DNA from: Acidobacteriota bacterium
GTDB taxonomy: Bacteria > Acidobacteriota > UBA6911 > RPQK01 > JAJDTT01
DNA length: 64,000 nucleotides
Direction of reading: 5' to 3'
Assembly: GCA_965263035.1 (NCBI GenBank)
Contig: OZ253580.1
Span: 5,248,001-5,312,000 of the forward strand
The position numbers and the translations under genes are program-made. The first letter of the stretch is position 1. Each line of letters opens with the position of its first letter. Below the pieces are notes generated by a model. It was not told where the DNA came from, ran no database searches, and saw only the letters and a list, made by a program, of their open reading frames with translations. Shown here piece after piece: positions 1 through 10,094 of this stretch.

Positions 1-679
1 AACCCGCAGATCCCGCGTCGGTTGAAGAGTTGCGATGGCGATCTTGTCTTCCACTCGGACCCGACCTTCGTGCAAGCATGTCTCCGCATCGAACGCGGCA
101 TATAGTACTGGAATAGAGCCATCTGAAAATCTGGACTTCGTTACCTTTCGCGGAGGGTCGAACTCGCTTATTTCGAATGATCGTTCGACGTTGCATCGAA
201 CGCGGTAGACAAGTGTTCCGGTGGGGACCTCGACGATTTCGCAGTGGTCAATCACTTGATCCAGGAACTTGCGGGCGGTGGCAATCCCGTCTTGCCCCGG
301 CGTCTTGAAGGCCTCCGTAAGCTGTTCCTCGATGGTGGTGTATCCGAGTCGCCACGTTCTCGGAGCGATGGAGGAAGAGCGTGCCCGGGTCGTGTCGGGA
401 CAGCAACGCGTAGTCATCGCGTAGGGTACGGTCAAAACGCAGGCTGCCCTCGTCTGAGAGCGCCTCTTGGCTGTGCTTGTAGATTGGCTCCGGTTGACCA
501 GTTGGTGCCGTCGATCCATATACGAAGAAGCGTTCGATGAGAGCATCGACTTGCTCTTGTGTGACCAAGTGAGCCTCAAAGCTGCCACAGTTGGGACAGG
601 CCGAACCGTCATTGGTCTGAGCGATTCGGCCGGCTTCTTCTCGGAGCCCTTGGTTTCGGAAGCATGCGACGCAGAACAT
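1..679 (-). pseudogene. RES-domain protein with N-terminal Cys-rich region; frameshifted near 367 and running off the window start
   Basis: From ATG 679: MFCVACF...CPNCG...LFLH. After skipping one base (~367) the frame reads APRTWRLGY...LVYRVRCN...SRFSDGSIPVLYAAFDAETCLHEGR, open to position 1, which matches the RES R/E pattern. Could be an assembly indel. Confidence 0.7.
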
Positions 680-1109
680 GCGTCCGATGTTGAGTGATAG
701 GGGCGAGTTGCCGCAAGGTGTTTCCGGACTCTGGCTTCCCCGCAGCCTCAACTGGCGAGTGTTCGCGATTCCAGAATCGTTATTGACCGAGTTCTTTGGG
801 ATGACGGCGATACTCCACGAGTACAGCTTGGCCCAGCATCTCGACGGGGCGCACCCGCATTTCCCGGCCATTGGCGACCCTCGTCAAGAGCGATGTTGGA
901 AGCGTAGAGGTAGGTCCGACCAGCAGCAAAGACTCGTGAACACATTCGCCCAGAGAACGAACTCCGTAGACTGAAATCCGTTAACTGAAATTATCGAACC
1001 GCCCCCCATGACCACTTATACCCTCGACGCCCACGCCGCTTGAATCTTTCCCTTCGGAGGGTTTCTAGTTTGCCCCTGCTATAGTTAGAGCATGGGAGGA
1101 GAAGTCAGA

Positions 1110-1313
1110 ATGAGTGAACGATGGACAATTATCGGAACCAGTCTTGCCCTGGCTGGTCTGATTCTCACCTTCGGACTTTCTCTTAAAGCTGATCTCCGTG
1201 CCTTCGATGAACGTCTCCGCTCCATGGATACTCAGTTGGCGTGCATCGAAGGCGCACTCTTCCATGGTGGAGTTGCCCGACAAGAGTCTCCAGCATCCTC
1301 AGAGAGCCGTTAA
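1110..1313 (+). CDS. small hypothetical membrane protein (one TM plus coiled coil)
   Basis: GGAGGAG upstream; MSERWTIIGTSLALAGLILTFG hydrophobic helix, then LRAFDERLRSMDTQLACIEG. Confidence 0.5.
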   Translation: MSERWTIIGTSLALAGLILTFGLSLKADLRAFDERLRSMDTQLACIEGALFHGGVARQESPASSESR

Positions 1314-1329
1314 TTGTGGATCAATCGAA

Positions 1330-1740
1330 GTGAAGAAGGCGTTGCGGGACCAACTCGCGTCGATCCGAACCAGAATGGGCCAACGGGCAGCGGAGCTGTC
1401 AGCCACACCGGAACAGGACGAAGCCAAGGAGAAATTCGGCCGAATCTTCCAAGCCGATCATACCTCTCTGAGATTGGCGCAGAGAGATCTAGACGAGATA
1501 GATCGAGAGGCCGCACGTCCTCGGTTGCTCGAGATCGTAGGGGACCGTGCGGTACTGTACTTTAGGCAGACGAACATTTTCGTACCGATCATCCGGTTGA
1601 AGACGAGGACAACACGCGCTGACGATTGGCTTGCAATAATCGCTTACAGAGTCAATAGCGAACAGGAAGCAAGGAGAAAGGCTGCGAGAGATAATTCTCC
1701 CCTGATTGTTCTCAAAGGATCTACTTCAGACGTGGAGTAG
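1330..1740 (+). CDS. hypothetical protein
   Basis: Open frame 1198..1740 with ordinary composition; GTG 1330 follows the previous stop; no recognisable motif. Confidence 0.35.
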   Translation: MKKALRDQLASIRTRMGQRAAELSATPEQDEAKEKFGRIFQADHTSLRLAQRDLDEIDREAARPRLLEIVGDRAVLYFRQTNIFVPIIRLKTRTTRADDWLAIIAYRVNSEQEARRKAARDNSPLIVLKGSTSDVE

Positions 1741-2132
1741 GCTGATATCATCGTGCCTGAGTGCTGCCTGCCATGAGCCAGCACTCATGGCGAGAGCACG
1801 AGGTCGCCGGAGTCGCCGTCGAGTCCGCTGCGTTTACCGGCGGCGGGCTTTCCACGCCCCGTCCCGTGCCGCACCGTACTTCGCTCCGGCCATCTTCGCG
1901 GCGGGCACGAGCCGCGGGGAAGGAGAAGGGGGTTCTTCTATCCGATCTCCCACTCCAGCCCCTGATAAATCTCTTTTTTGGACACTGAGGCGGTCCCAGA
2001 GCATCCTTCCCTCCCGCTCTGCCACGACCCTCCGAACCTCCCCAGCGGGACCTTCGACGCCCGCAGGCATTCCCGGTGAAACTCCTCGACCGTCACCAGC
2101 TGGAGCCCGGCCTTACGTTCCCCTCTTGCCGG

Positions 2133-2705
2133 CTAGCTGAAGGCCACCCCGAAGAAAAGCACCGTGATGATGATCGCCGCCACGGCCAGAGGCGACACGA
2201 ACCGGATAAAGAACCGCCACGCTCCAAAGTTGAACCACCCGGGCTCTGTCCCATCCACGAGCTCCCGCTCGGTGTACTCGCGCGTCAGGAACCAGCCCGC
2301 CGCGATCGTGATCGCGAAGCCACCGGTTGGGAGCATCCAGTTCGGCACGAACTGGTCGACCATGACGAACCAGCTCGACTTGCCGCCGAAGAGCCTCTGG
2401 CCGAGCGCGCCTCCGAGGTGGAACTCGGTGATCGCGACGCTACCCCCAAACGACAACGCGGCGAGGATCGTGAAGGCGAACACCGCGCCGCCACACAGCA
2501 GCGTCGCCTTGGCCCGCGTGATGTGGTGTTCGTCGATCACGTTTGCGGCGACCACTTCCAGCAACGACATCGTCGAGGTGAGCGCCGTGAGGGGCACTAG
2601 CACGTAGAAGAGTGGTCCCAGGAATGACCCGAACGGGACCTCGGTGAAAAACAGCTGCGGCAGCGAGATGAAGAGCATCCCCACGGTGCTGGTGCCGCCA
2701 GGCCA
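2133..2705 (-). pseudogene. C-terminal fragment of a sodium-dependent (NSS/SNF family) transporter
   Basis: VGMLFISLPQLF...ALTSTMSLLEVV...NWMLPTGG...WRFFIRFVSPLAV are late NSS helices. The N-terminal half is absent and the fragment abuts the stop of the upstream gene. Confidence 0.75.
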
Positions 2706-2713
2706 CATTTGAC

Positions 2714-3556
2714 TCATGCTTCCCACTGAACCGGTGCGACGATATGCCTGCCCTCCCGACGAGTCATAGTTCCGGCAACCACTTGCGGATCGTGATCGAA
2801 GAGTAGGAGCCACTTCTCCTCTACGGCGCGGGAATAGATGCGTTTTCTCGTTTCCAGAGTGGTCAAAGGGAAGAGATCGTAACCCATGATCCAGGGGAGG
2901 GGAACATGGGACGTCGTGGCGCAGAGGTCCCCCAGGAAGAAGACGGTTTCCCCGCCGGACTGGACTTTGACCGAGTGATGTCCGGGCGTGTGTCCGGGCG
3001 TGTGGACCAGCGAAACGCCCGGGACGATCTCCTGCTCTCCGTCGACCAGCCGGAGTTGATGCGCTTCTTGGAGAGGCACCCAGTTCTCGGACCGGTAGGA
3101 AACGGCGGTCCTCTCGTTCCTGCCGGTTGCCGTCGCGTAGTCTTCCCGCGCCACGATGTAGGTGGCGTTGGGAAAGTTGGGCACCACTTCTTCGCCCTCC
3201 CGGCGGGTGTTGCCCCCACAGTGGTCGAAGTGAAGATGGGTGTTGACGACCAGGTCGATGTCCCCCGGTTCCAGGCCCAGGTTCGCCAGACGGGCAACGA
3301 CATCCGGCTCCTCGCCGATGCCGTAGATGTCCTGCTCTTTCGGGGAGTATTTTCGTCCGGCCCCGGTGTCCACCAGGATGGCTTCGTGGGGGGTGCGGAT
3401 GAGGAGGCAGTTGAGGCCGAGCCGAACCCGGTTGCGGCCGTCGGGACGCATCCTGCGCTCCCAGAGGACCCTGGGCACGATCCCGAATACGGCGCCGCCG
3501 TCCAGGCGGATAGAGCCGTCGGAGATGTGGCTCAGTTGGAAACTTCCCAGCCTCAT
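2714..3556 (-). CDS. MBL-fold metallo-hydrolase (YtnP-like)
   Basis: LDGGAVFGIVPRVLW, THLHFDHCGG, TPGHTPGH, GDL, MGYD motifs. Confidence 0.9.
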   Translation of the reverse strand: MRLGSFQLSHISDGSIRLDGGAVFGIVPRVLWERRMRPDGRNRVRLGLNCLLIRTPHEAILVDTGAGRKYSPKEQDIYGIGEEPDVVARLANLGLEPGDIDLVVNTHLHFDHCGGNTRREGEEVVPNFPNATYIVAREDYATATGRNERTAVSYRSENWVPLQEAHQLRLVDGEQEIVPGVSLVHTPGHTPGHHSVKVQSGGETVFFLGDLCATTSHVPLPWIMGYDLFPLTTLETRKRIYSRAVEEKWLLLFDHDPQVVAGTMTRREGRHIVAPVQWEA

Positions 3557-3966
3557 TCCTTCGGCTGGACGGGCGCCTGGCTCAGTTCCACCAGGACCCC
3601 TCCGGTGCTGCGGGGATGGATGAAGGCGATGAGGTGGCCGCCGGCTCCGATGCGCGGAACCTCGTCGATCAGGTCCACGTTTCGTTCTTTCAACCGTCTC
3701 AGATCTTCCTGGAGATCGTCGACCTCGAAGGCGAGGTGATGAATGCCTTCCCCTCTTTTCTCCACGAACCGGGAAATGATCGAGTCGGGTTCGGTCCCCT
3801 CCAGCAATTCCACGGCCGTGTCTCCGACCGGCAGGATCGCGGCACGAACCTTCTGATCCGGCACGGTTTCGGTCGTCTTCACCTCAAGTCCCAGATCTTG
3901 GTACAGGCGGGAAAGAGACTCCAGAGAGCGGGTGGCGATCCCCACATGGGCCAATCGTCGTATCAT
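3553..3966 (-). CDS. mce: methylmalonyl-CoA epimerase
   Basis: HVGIA, VELLE, GEGIHHLAFEVDD, AFIHPRSTGGVLVEL. Confidence 0.92.
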   Translation of the reverse strand: MIRRLAHVGIATRSLESLSRLYQDLGLEVKTTETVPDQKVRAAILPVGDTAVELLEGTEPDSIISRFVEKRGEGIHHLAFEVDDLQEDLRRLKERNVDLIDEVPRIGAGGHLIAFIHPRSTGGVLVELSQAPVQPKE

Positions 3967-4925
3967 TTACTCGGTCCTGAACGTTCGAAGATGCGATCCA
4001 CCAGAGTATAGGGGTCCACTTCCCGGTTGGCCATTCGTTGCGCCCAACGGTCCAGATCTTCCGAATCCATCTCGTCCACGACCTGCTGAGCCATCCGATC
4101 GCAAATCATCTCCAGGACTTTCTGCCGGCAGAGGAAGACTCTCCTCGGGGAAGCCGCCCCCTCCTGGTCCGTGAACCTGCGGTACGCTTCCACGGCCTCG
4201 GCCACCTCGTCGATTCCCTGGCCCCGAGTGGCCACCGTCTGAACGATGGGAGGGTCCCAGCCGTCGTCGCGCGCCGCCAGGGAGAGGACGGCTCGCAGTT
4301 CCCGCTCCGTCTTCATGGCGCCGGGGCGATCCGCCTTGTTGATGACGAAGACGTCCCCGATCTCCATGATTCCGGCCTTGATGCTCTGAATGTCGTCTCC
4401 CATGCCCGGGACCAGCAGAACCAGGACCGCCTCCGCGGTCCGCACCACGTCGACCTCATCCTGACCGACCCCCACCGTCTCCACCATCAGCCGCGTGAAG
4501 CCGCCGGCGGCCAGCACCAGGAGGGCGTCGTCCACGGCGCTGGAGAGCCCCCCCAGACGGCCCCGCGTGGCCATGCTGCGGATGAAGACTCCCGGGTCGG
4601 TAAACAGATTCTGCATCCGAATCCGATCGCCCAGCAGGGCTCCCCCCGAAAAGGGCGAAGTCGGATCCACGGCCACGATCCCCACCTTCTCGCCGGCCTT
4701 GCGATAGTGACGAGCCAGCACCTCCACCAAGGTGCTCTTCCCGGCACCGGGACTGCCCGTGATTCCCATCACCCACGAGCCACCGGTCTTTCGAAAGAGA
4801 GCCTTGAGCAGATTCCGGGTCGATTCCGTGGACGAATTCTCGACTTCGGTCAGGGTACGGGCCAACTGGCGCATGTCACCGCGGCAGATGTTCCGGATCT
4901 CATCCAGTCTTTCCAGATCGTTCAC
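3963..4925 (-). CDS. meaB: methylmalonyl-CoA mutase-associated GTPase
   Basis: GITGSPGAGKST, AVDPTSPFSGGALLGDRIRM, FIRSMATRG, ETVGVGQDE, NKAD; start approximate. Confidence 0.93.
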   Translation of the reverse strand: MNDLERLDEIRNICRGDMRQLARTLTEVENSSTESTRNLLKALFRKTGGSWVMGITGSPGAGKSTLVEVLARHYRKAGEKVGIVAVDPTSPFSGGALLGDRIRMQNLFTDPGVFIRSMATRGRLGGLSSAVDDALLVLAAGGFTRLMVETVGVGQDEVDVVRTAEAVLVLLVPGMGDDIQSIKAGIMEIGDVFVINKADRPGAMKTERELRAVLSLAARDDGWDPPIVQTVATRGQGIDEVAEAVEAYRRFTDQEGAASPRRVFLCRQKVLEMICDRMAQQVVDEMDSEDLDRWAQRMANREVDPYTLVDRIFERSGPSK

Positions 4926-4948
4926 CTGTTCGATCCGCGCCGGTGGTT

Positions 4949-6037
4949 TCAGGCGTATTTCTCGCGCAGAATCCGAGCCCCACCGCACATGGCCTTGAGC
5001 TTCAGGTAGGCCTCGTCCAGGTCCATCGGGTTGAGGCTGGATGGGGAAAATCCGCAGTCGGGGTTCAGAGTGATCCGTTCCGGGGGGACGAACTCCAGGG
5101 CCCGCTCGACACGGCCGACCACCTCTTCAGGCGTTTCCAGGTGCGGGTCGGTATGGTCGATCACCCCCAGACCCAGGAGCTTGTCCGGGGGAAATCGCCG
5201 GAGGCTCTCGACGCCCCCGGCATCCGGCGTGGCGAACTCCATGGCGATGCGATCCACGTTCATCTCTCCCAGGGCGTCCATGATGAGATGGTACGGACCG
5301 CGCGTGGAGTGGGCCCGGTTGAAGTGGGCGTGGCAGAGATGGACGCTGATGAAGGCCTCCTCGAATCCTCGGACCGTCGCATTGAAACAGTCGACACACA
5401 GAGAGATCTCCTGCTCGATGTCGACGATGCCTTCACGTTCCCGATAGTCGGCATCCACCAGCAGGGCCAACCAGGGATCGTCCAACTGGATGGCATCGAC
5501 GCCACAGGCGATGAGCTCCCGGATTTCCCGGCGCAGGAAGGGAATGCAGGCGAGCATGAAGGCCCTCCGCGTGGGGTAGGCTCCGGTCGAATACCGTGGG
5601 TCCCACATCCGCCGGCCCAAAGTGTACGCGGAAGGGATAGCGGCCAGAATCCGCCGGTCCGTATGCTCGCGGATGAAACGGACTTCGTCCACGGCCATGA
5701 AACGGTGAGCCTTCATCTCGGAGACCACGGAAGGATATCTGAGCTGGGGAAAATTGGAGGCCCCGGCCGAGACCGTATCGATCTCGAAACCGGCGACCGA
5801 TTCGGAGAAGACCTTCATGTAGCTTTCGCGGCGCCATTCCCCGTCGGAGAGGTAGTCGAGGCCGGCCCGTTCCTGCATTTTCAAGTTCGAGGGGATGGCT
5901 TCGTTGAGAAGCCGGTCCGCTTCGGTGGCATCGACGTGTCCCGCCTTCCGGTCTTCGATCAGCTCGCGTATCCACTCCGGCCGGGGGAGGCTTCCCACCA
6001 CCAGGGTAGGGAAGAGATGCGGGATCGATTCCTTCAT
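4949..6037 (-). CDS. cobalamin-independent methionine synthase II family protein (single catalytic domain)
   Basis: VVGSLPRP, SDGEWRR, IQLDDP, Zn ligands HLC...E...NPDCGF; 362 aa. Confidence 0.88.
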   Translation of the reverse strand: MKESIPHLFPTLVVGSLPRPEWIRELIEDRKAGHVDATEADRLLNEAIPSNLKMQERAGLDYLSDGEWRRESYMKVFSESVAGFEIDTVSAGASNFPQLRYPSVVSEMKAHRFMAVDEVRFIREHTDRRILAAIPSAYTLGRRMWDPRYSTGAYPTRRAFMLACIPFLRREIRELIACGVDAIQLDDPWLALLVDADYREREGIVDIEQEISLCVDCFNATVRGFEEAFISVHLCHAHFNRAHSTRGPYHLIMDALGEMNVDRIAMEFATPDAGGVESLRRFPPDKLLGLGVIDHTDPHLETPEEVVGRVERALEFVPPERITLNPDCGFSPSSLNPMDLDEAYLKLKAMCGGARILREKYA

Positions 6038-6209
6038 TTTGCAGTCACTCCCGGGCCCGCGTCCTCAGACATTCCAGCGGGTCGGCCCGGGAATTTCTCC
6101 AGACCGCGGCGCGAGTTGCCGACGCTCAGTCTACTACGACCCAGTGCGGGAAGTCGGCGAACCGGTTGTAATTGGGGCGTGCCTTGAGAGCCTGGGCCGT
6201 ATCTGTTAA

Positions 6210-6369
6210 CAGTTTGTGGTGAAAGTCCCGCGAGCACCGAGACCGTTCCTGCGCCCGCCGGACCAGGCGCTTCGGAGGGAGCATACCGGGAGTATATGAC
6301 CGAGTCGCAACGCAGTCCGCGCACGATGCAGGGACGATCGAATGCCGTGACGACTTTTGCCACGGGCTG
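6210..6369 (-). mobile_element. MITE family A, copy 1 (160 bp)
   Basis: Imperfect 18-bp terminal inverted repeats; TTAA on both sides (6206-6209, 6370-6373); near-identical to four other copies. Confidence 0.9.
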
Positions 6370-6385
6370 TTAAGACGGGGGACCT

Positions 6386-7051
6386 ATGAAGTTTCGGCGG
6401 AGCTTGATTGTGTGCGGCTGTTTGGCGGTTCTGGTCCTGTTGCCCTCTCTGCTGGCTGAGACCGGTGAAACCATCTCGGTCATGGTCGCCCCCGACCAGC
6501 TGGAGGTCGAGGCTCCCGAATGTCTCAATCTCCTCTTCAACCGGATGACGCCGGTTCCGGTCCGGATGAATAACCGAACTGGGAAGGACATCCAGCTTGA
6601 GATCGCCACCCGTTCCGATGTCGTGGGCCTGGTTCCGTTCCGGAGACAGGTTGCGGCCGGCAGCAACGGGGAAACGGAACAGTTGGTGCTGATCCCACTC
6701 ATGGCCGGAGAGTGGGATGCGGAACTGATTCTGACGGCCGGGGACAGCACGCGGACCTGGACCCAGCGCTTCTGCGTTCTGCCGCCGGCCCGTTTGCACG
6801 CCCGGATTCATGATGCAGCGAATCGTGTCGTGCCCGCCCGGGTCCGGGTGACCGGTGCGGATGGACGTCACTACGCTCCGGACGGATACGGAGCAGGTGA
6901 GTTCAGGACGGAAGGGCTGTTCGAGTTGCTGGTTCCGGCAGGCGGGGCCACGGTTTCCGTCCGTCCTGCGGACCGGGACGGGCCGGCGCGCGAGACCCGA
7001 GTCGATCTTCCCGTCAACCGCACGGTATTCGTCGAGCTGCCGCTCCCATGA
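6386..7051 (+). CDS. secreted hypothetical protein, coupled to the downstream hydrolase
   Basis: Signal peptide; C-terminal PARVRVTGADG beta domain; ATGA overlap with the next gene. Confidence 0.7.
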   Translation: MKFRRSLIVCGCLAVLVLLPSLLAETGETISVMVAPDQLEVEAPECLNLLFNRMTPVPVRMNNRTGKDIQLEIATRSDVVGLVPFRRQVAAGSNGETEQLVLIPLMAGEWDAELILTAGDSTRTWTQRFCVLPPARLHARIHDAANRVVPARVRVTGADGRHYAPDGYGAGEFRTEGLFELLVPAGGATVSVRPADRDGPARETRVDLPVNRTVFVELPLP

Positions 7052-9192
7052 GATTCCATGGCATGGTTTGGATCCTGCTGATCCTGACCCCGGTATCGCT
7101 CGGGGCGAGTGGCCGTGCGTGGAATCCCTACGGGCTGAGCGAGGATGAGGTGGATGCCCTGCGGGTCCGGCATCCGGCCCTGCGGGAGTTCGCCGAGTTC
7201 TTTACGGCGCTTCTTCGTCACGAGGATGCTCCGCGGGACGAGAACTTCGCCGTCTACCGTCCCATCCGCCGTCTGGCCATGCGGCGCAGGTCAGTTCGAG
7301 GGACCTGGTCTCCCGATTTGCAGGACGGAATCCAAGGCCAAGTCAGCCAGGCGCTCTGGAAACTGGCTTCGCCGGAATTGGCCAGAATCGATTTGAACCC
7401 GGACGTCCAACTGACGTCTCCGGCCCAGGTATCCGTCTTCACCGAAGGCTTGGAGAACCGGGTCCTGCTCCTGCTTCGCAACAACCAACGGAAACCGGTG
7501 GCTTTGAGTCTGTCGCCCGACGGCGACTCGCTTCATTTTCCTCCTCGCGAGGCGTCTCTGGCTCCGGGACAGGTGACGGGAGTGCAGCTTCGGGTCTGGG
7601 GAGAGGGGGCCGATTCGCTGGGTTTGCGGCTGACCGTCGAGAAGCAGCCGATGGTTCTTGCGTTGCCGATTCGGTGGCGCAAGGCGGCCCGGTTGCAGTT
7701 GACGGTCAAGACGCAGGATCGTGAATCATTCCGGCCCGCCCGGGTCTACGTGGTGGGATCGGATCGGCTGGCCCGGGGCCCTGCCGGGACCTTTCTGCGG
7801 AGCACGTGGACGGAAGGGCACCACTACTTCCATACCCAGGGAGCCAGTTCTCTGGTCCTGCCGTCGGGACCGGCTCGCATATTTGTCGTGCATGGTTTCG
7901 AACACTCTCCCGTGACCATGAACGTGAATTTGGAACCGGGAAGCAATGAGGTGGAGCTCATCCCTCGACCGGGAATCGATTGTGCCTCTCGAGGATGGTA
8001 TTCGGGAGACATCCATATTCACCTCAACCTGGTCCACAAGACCCTGGATCAACTGGTGTCGACTCAAGACGCATTCCTCCAGGCCGGGGCCGAGGACCTG
8101 GACGTCTCCAATCTGCTGGTGTGCAACTCACTGGGCTCCATCACCTTCGATCGCAACCGCTTCACCGGATCGCTGCATCCTCTATCGACGGCGGAGCGGG
8201 TTCTGTATTGGAACGAGGAGGTCCGGGCCTCCCTCTACGGTCACATGGCCGCGCTCAACCTCAAGGAGTTCCTGGAGCCCAACTTTACCGGGTTCCGCAA
8301 CACCGACCACGCGTTCGACTACCCTTCCAACACCATTCAGGCCCGGAAAGGAAGGGAACAGGGTGCCGGGATCTTCTATGTCCACCCGGTCCACAATCCG
8401 GACGCCAATGATCTGGCCGGGTCCAGCGCCAAGGCGGTTCCCGTGGACGCGGCCCTGGGCCTCGTCGACGGACTGGAAATCCTGGGATACGGACACCCGG
8501 TCGCCTCCCTGCGCCTCTACTACCGGCTGTTGAACTGCGGTTTCCGCCTGGCCGCAGCGGCGGGCACCGACACCTTCAACAACATCCGGCGCCACAAGGT
8601 CATTGGCGGCGACCGGGTCTACGTGCATACCGGGGACGTCTTCGACTACGATTCCTGGGTCCAGGGTCTCAAGGCGGGGCGAAGCTTCGTCACCAACGGC
8701 CCCCTCCTGTTCTTCCAAGTGGACGGCCGTTTGCCGGGATCGGAGCTGGACCTGGAAGCGCCGGGCCGGGTTCGGGTTCGGGTGGAGGCCCATTCCCATG
8801 CTCCCATGGATCGGCTCGACCTGGTCTTCAACGGGGAGCCGGTTCACACGGTGAAGGCTTCGGGAAACGGAACCCATCTGCTCTATCGGGGCTCGCTTCC
8901 CATCACCGAAAGCGGATGGCTGGCTGCGCGGATCCAGGGCGGTCCTCACCGTCTGGTCGTCAACAACACGGACCTTTTCGCACATACGACGCCCGTATAT
9001 CTGACTGTGGGCGGTGAGCCGTATGCGGATCCGGATTCCGTTTCCCACTTTCTCCGCTGGATCGGGGATCTGCGGCAACGGCTGCTGACCGAGGGTCTGT
9101 TCCAGGAACCGATTCAGAAGCGCCAAGTCCTGGATCAGTTCCGGCGGGCCGAAGCCGTCTACCGGCAGAAGCTGGATTCGGTCGAGGAGTAG
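7048..9192 (+). CDS. CehA/McbA family (PHP-domain) metallohydrolase, secreted
   Basis: GWYSGDIHIH, YGH, YVHP, AAAGTD, GRSFVTNGPLL, AHTTPVY; signal peptide. Confidence 0.85.
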   Translation: MRFHGMVWILLILTPVSLGASGRAWNPYGLSEDEVDALRVRHPALREFAEFFTALLRHEDAPRDENFAVYRPIRRLAMRRRSVRGTWSPDLQDGIQGQVSQALWKLASPELARIDLNPDVQLTSPAQVSVFTEGLENRVLLLLRNNQRKPVALSLSPDGDSLHFPPREASLAPGQVTGVQLRVWGEGADSLGLRLTVEKQPMVLALPIRWRKAARLQLTVKTQDRESFRPARVYVVGSDRLARGPAGTFLRSTWTEGHHYFHTQGASSLVLPSGPARIFVVHGFEHSPVTMNVNLEPGSNEVELIPRPGIDCASRGWYSGDIHIHLNLVHKTLDQLVSTQDAFLQAGAEDLDVSNLLVCNSLGSITFDRNRFTGSLHPLSTAERVLYWNEEVRASLYGHMAALNLKEFLEPNFTGFRNTDHAFDYPSNTIQARKGREQGAGIFYVHPVHNPDANDLAGSSAKAVPVDAALGLVDGLEILGYGHPVASLRLYYRLLNCGFRLAAAAGTDTFNNIRRHKVIGGDRVYVHTGDVFDYDSWVQGLKAGRSFVTNGPLLFFQVDGRLPGSELDLEAPGRVRVRVEAHSHAPMDRLDLVFNGEPVHTVKASGNGTHLLYRGSLPITESGWLAARIQGGPHRLVVNNTDLFAHTTPVYLTVGGEPYADPDSVSHFLRWIGDLRQRLLTEGLFQEPIQKRQVLDQFRRAEAVYRQKLDSVEE

Positions 9193-9196
9193 GTGA

Positions 9197-10042
9197 CTAT
9201 TCGGGAGCCGGCTCCGGGTCCGGCTTGGAGTCGGTGGGAGCCTCCGGCACCGGTTCCGCCTCCGACTCTGGCGCTGGCTCCGGTTGCGGCTCCGGTTCGC
9301 CGACGACCTCTCCGAATTCAATCGAGGTCCCCACTTCGAACTTCTTGAAATTGGAATAGGTGATCAGCTCGCGGATATGTACGCGGCGCCTCTGTCTGAA
9401 GCGTCCGCCGAACTCCAGGATGTCGTCCGCCTCGCTCCAGGTGGGAAACCAGTACTTGCCATCGACCTGTTGCCGGAGAGTCTCGAAAGCCGGGAACTTG
9501 TTGTTACCCAAGTCCGGCACCGCTTTGCCCTTGGTCATCACGATCTGCAGGTCCACGTCGTCCACCCAGATCCGTCCCCGAAAGTAACGCCTGTTGCGGC
9601 GGATCCGCTTCGGTTTCACGTCAAACACGTAGCACATGAGTTCGTCCACCTGCTCCTCTCCCTGGTACTTGACCTCGTATTGGGGAAGCTCCTCCGTGGT
9701 CAGTGCGAAGGGTTGCAGGTTGAGAGCGTCGTCCAGATCTTCTCGAGTCAGTATCAACGATTCGAGTTTCCCCCGGTCGTCGACGATGCGATGTTGGCGT
9801 TCCCCATCGCTGGTGAAAAAAATCTCGATGGTCATCTCCCGCTGCTCACGCACCCGGCCGGTACGGGTCAGGACCTGAAAGACAATATGTTGAGAGTAGG
9901 TGTACTGTTGCCAGACTTGGCGGAATTCCGACTCCTTCCGAGCGAACCGTTGAATGATCTCCTGGGGATCCACCTTGGCTCCGGCCCCGGAACCTGTGGC
10001 GAGGAACATAAGGAACGGCAATATCGGAGAAGTTCTCTTCAT
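9197..10042 (-). CDS. periplasmic protein with a lipoprotein-sorting (LolA-like) region and Pro/Glu-rich tail
   Basis: Signal peptide; CYVFDVKPK...YFRGRIWVDDVDLQIV...YWFP; (EP)-rich C-terminus. Confidence 0.7.
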   Translation of the reverse strand: MKRTSPILPFLMFLATGSGAGAKVDPQEIIQRFARKESEFRQVWQQYTYSQHIVFQVLTRTGRVREQREMTIEIFFTSDGERQHRIVDDRGKLESLILTREDLDDALNLQPFALTTEELPQYEVKYQGEEQVDELMCYVFDVKPKRIRRNRRYFRGRIWVDDVDLQIVMTKGKAVPDLGNNKFPAFETLRQQVDGKYWFPTWSEADDILEFGGRFRQRRRVHIRELITYSNFKKFEVGTSIEFGEVVGEPEPQPEPAPESEAEPVPEAPTDSKPDPEPAPE

Positions 10043-10094
10043 AACACCAAATTGGATGCATCGCCGCCCGAAAAGGGTCTCGATAAATTCCACT

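Noticed and set aside
6038-6205. Possible cobalamin or SAM riboswitch before the MetE-like gene
   Set aside because: No B12-box or S-box core motifs could be found by eye
9197-9300. GGCTCCGG-type repeats
   Set aside because: They encode a Pro/Glu low-complexity tail
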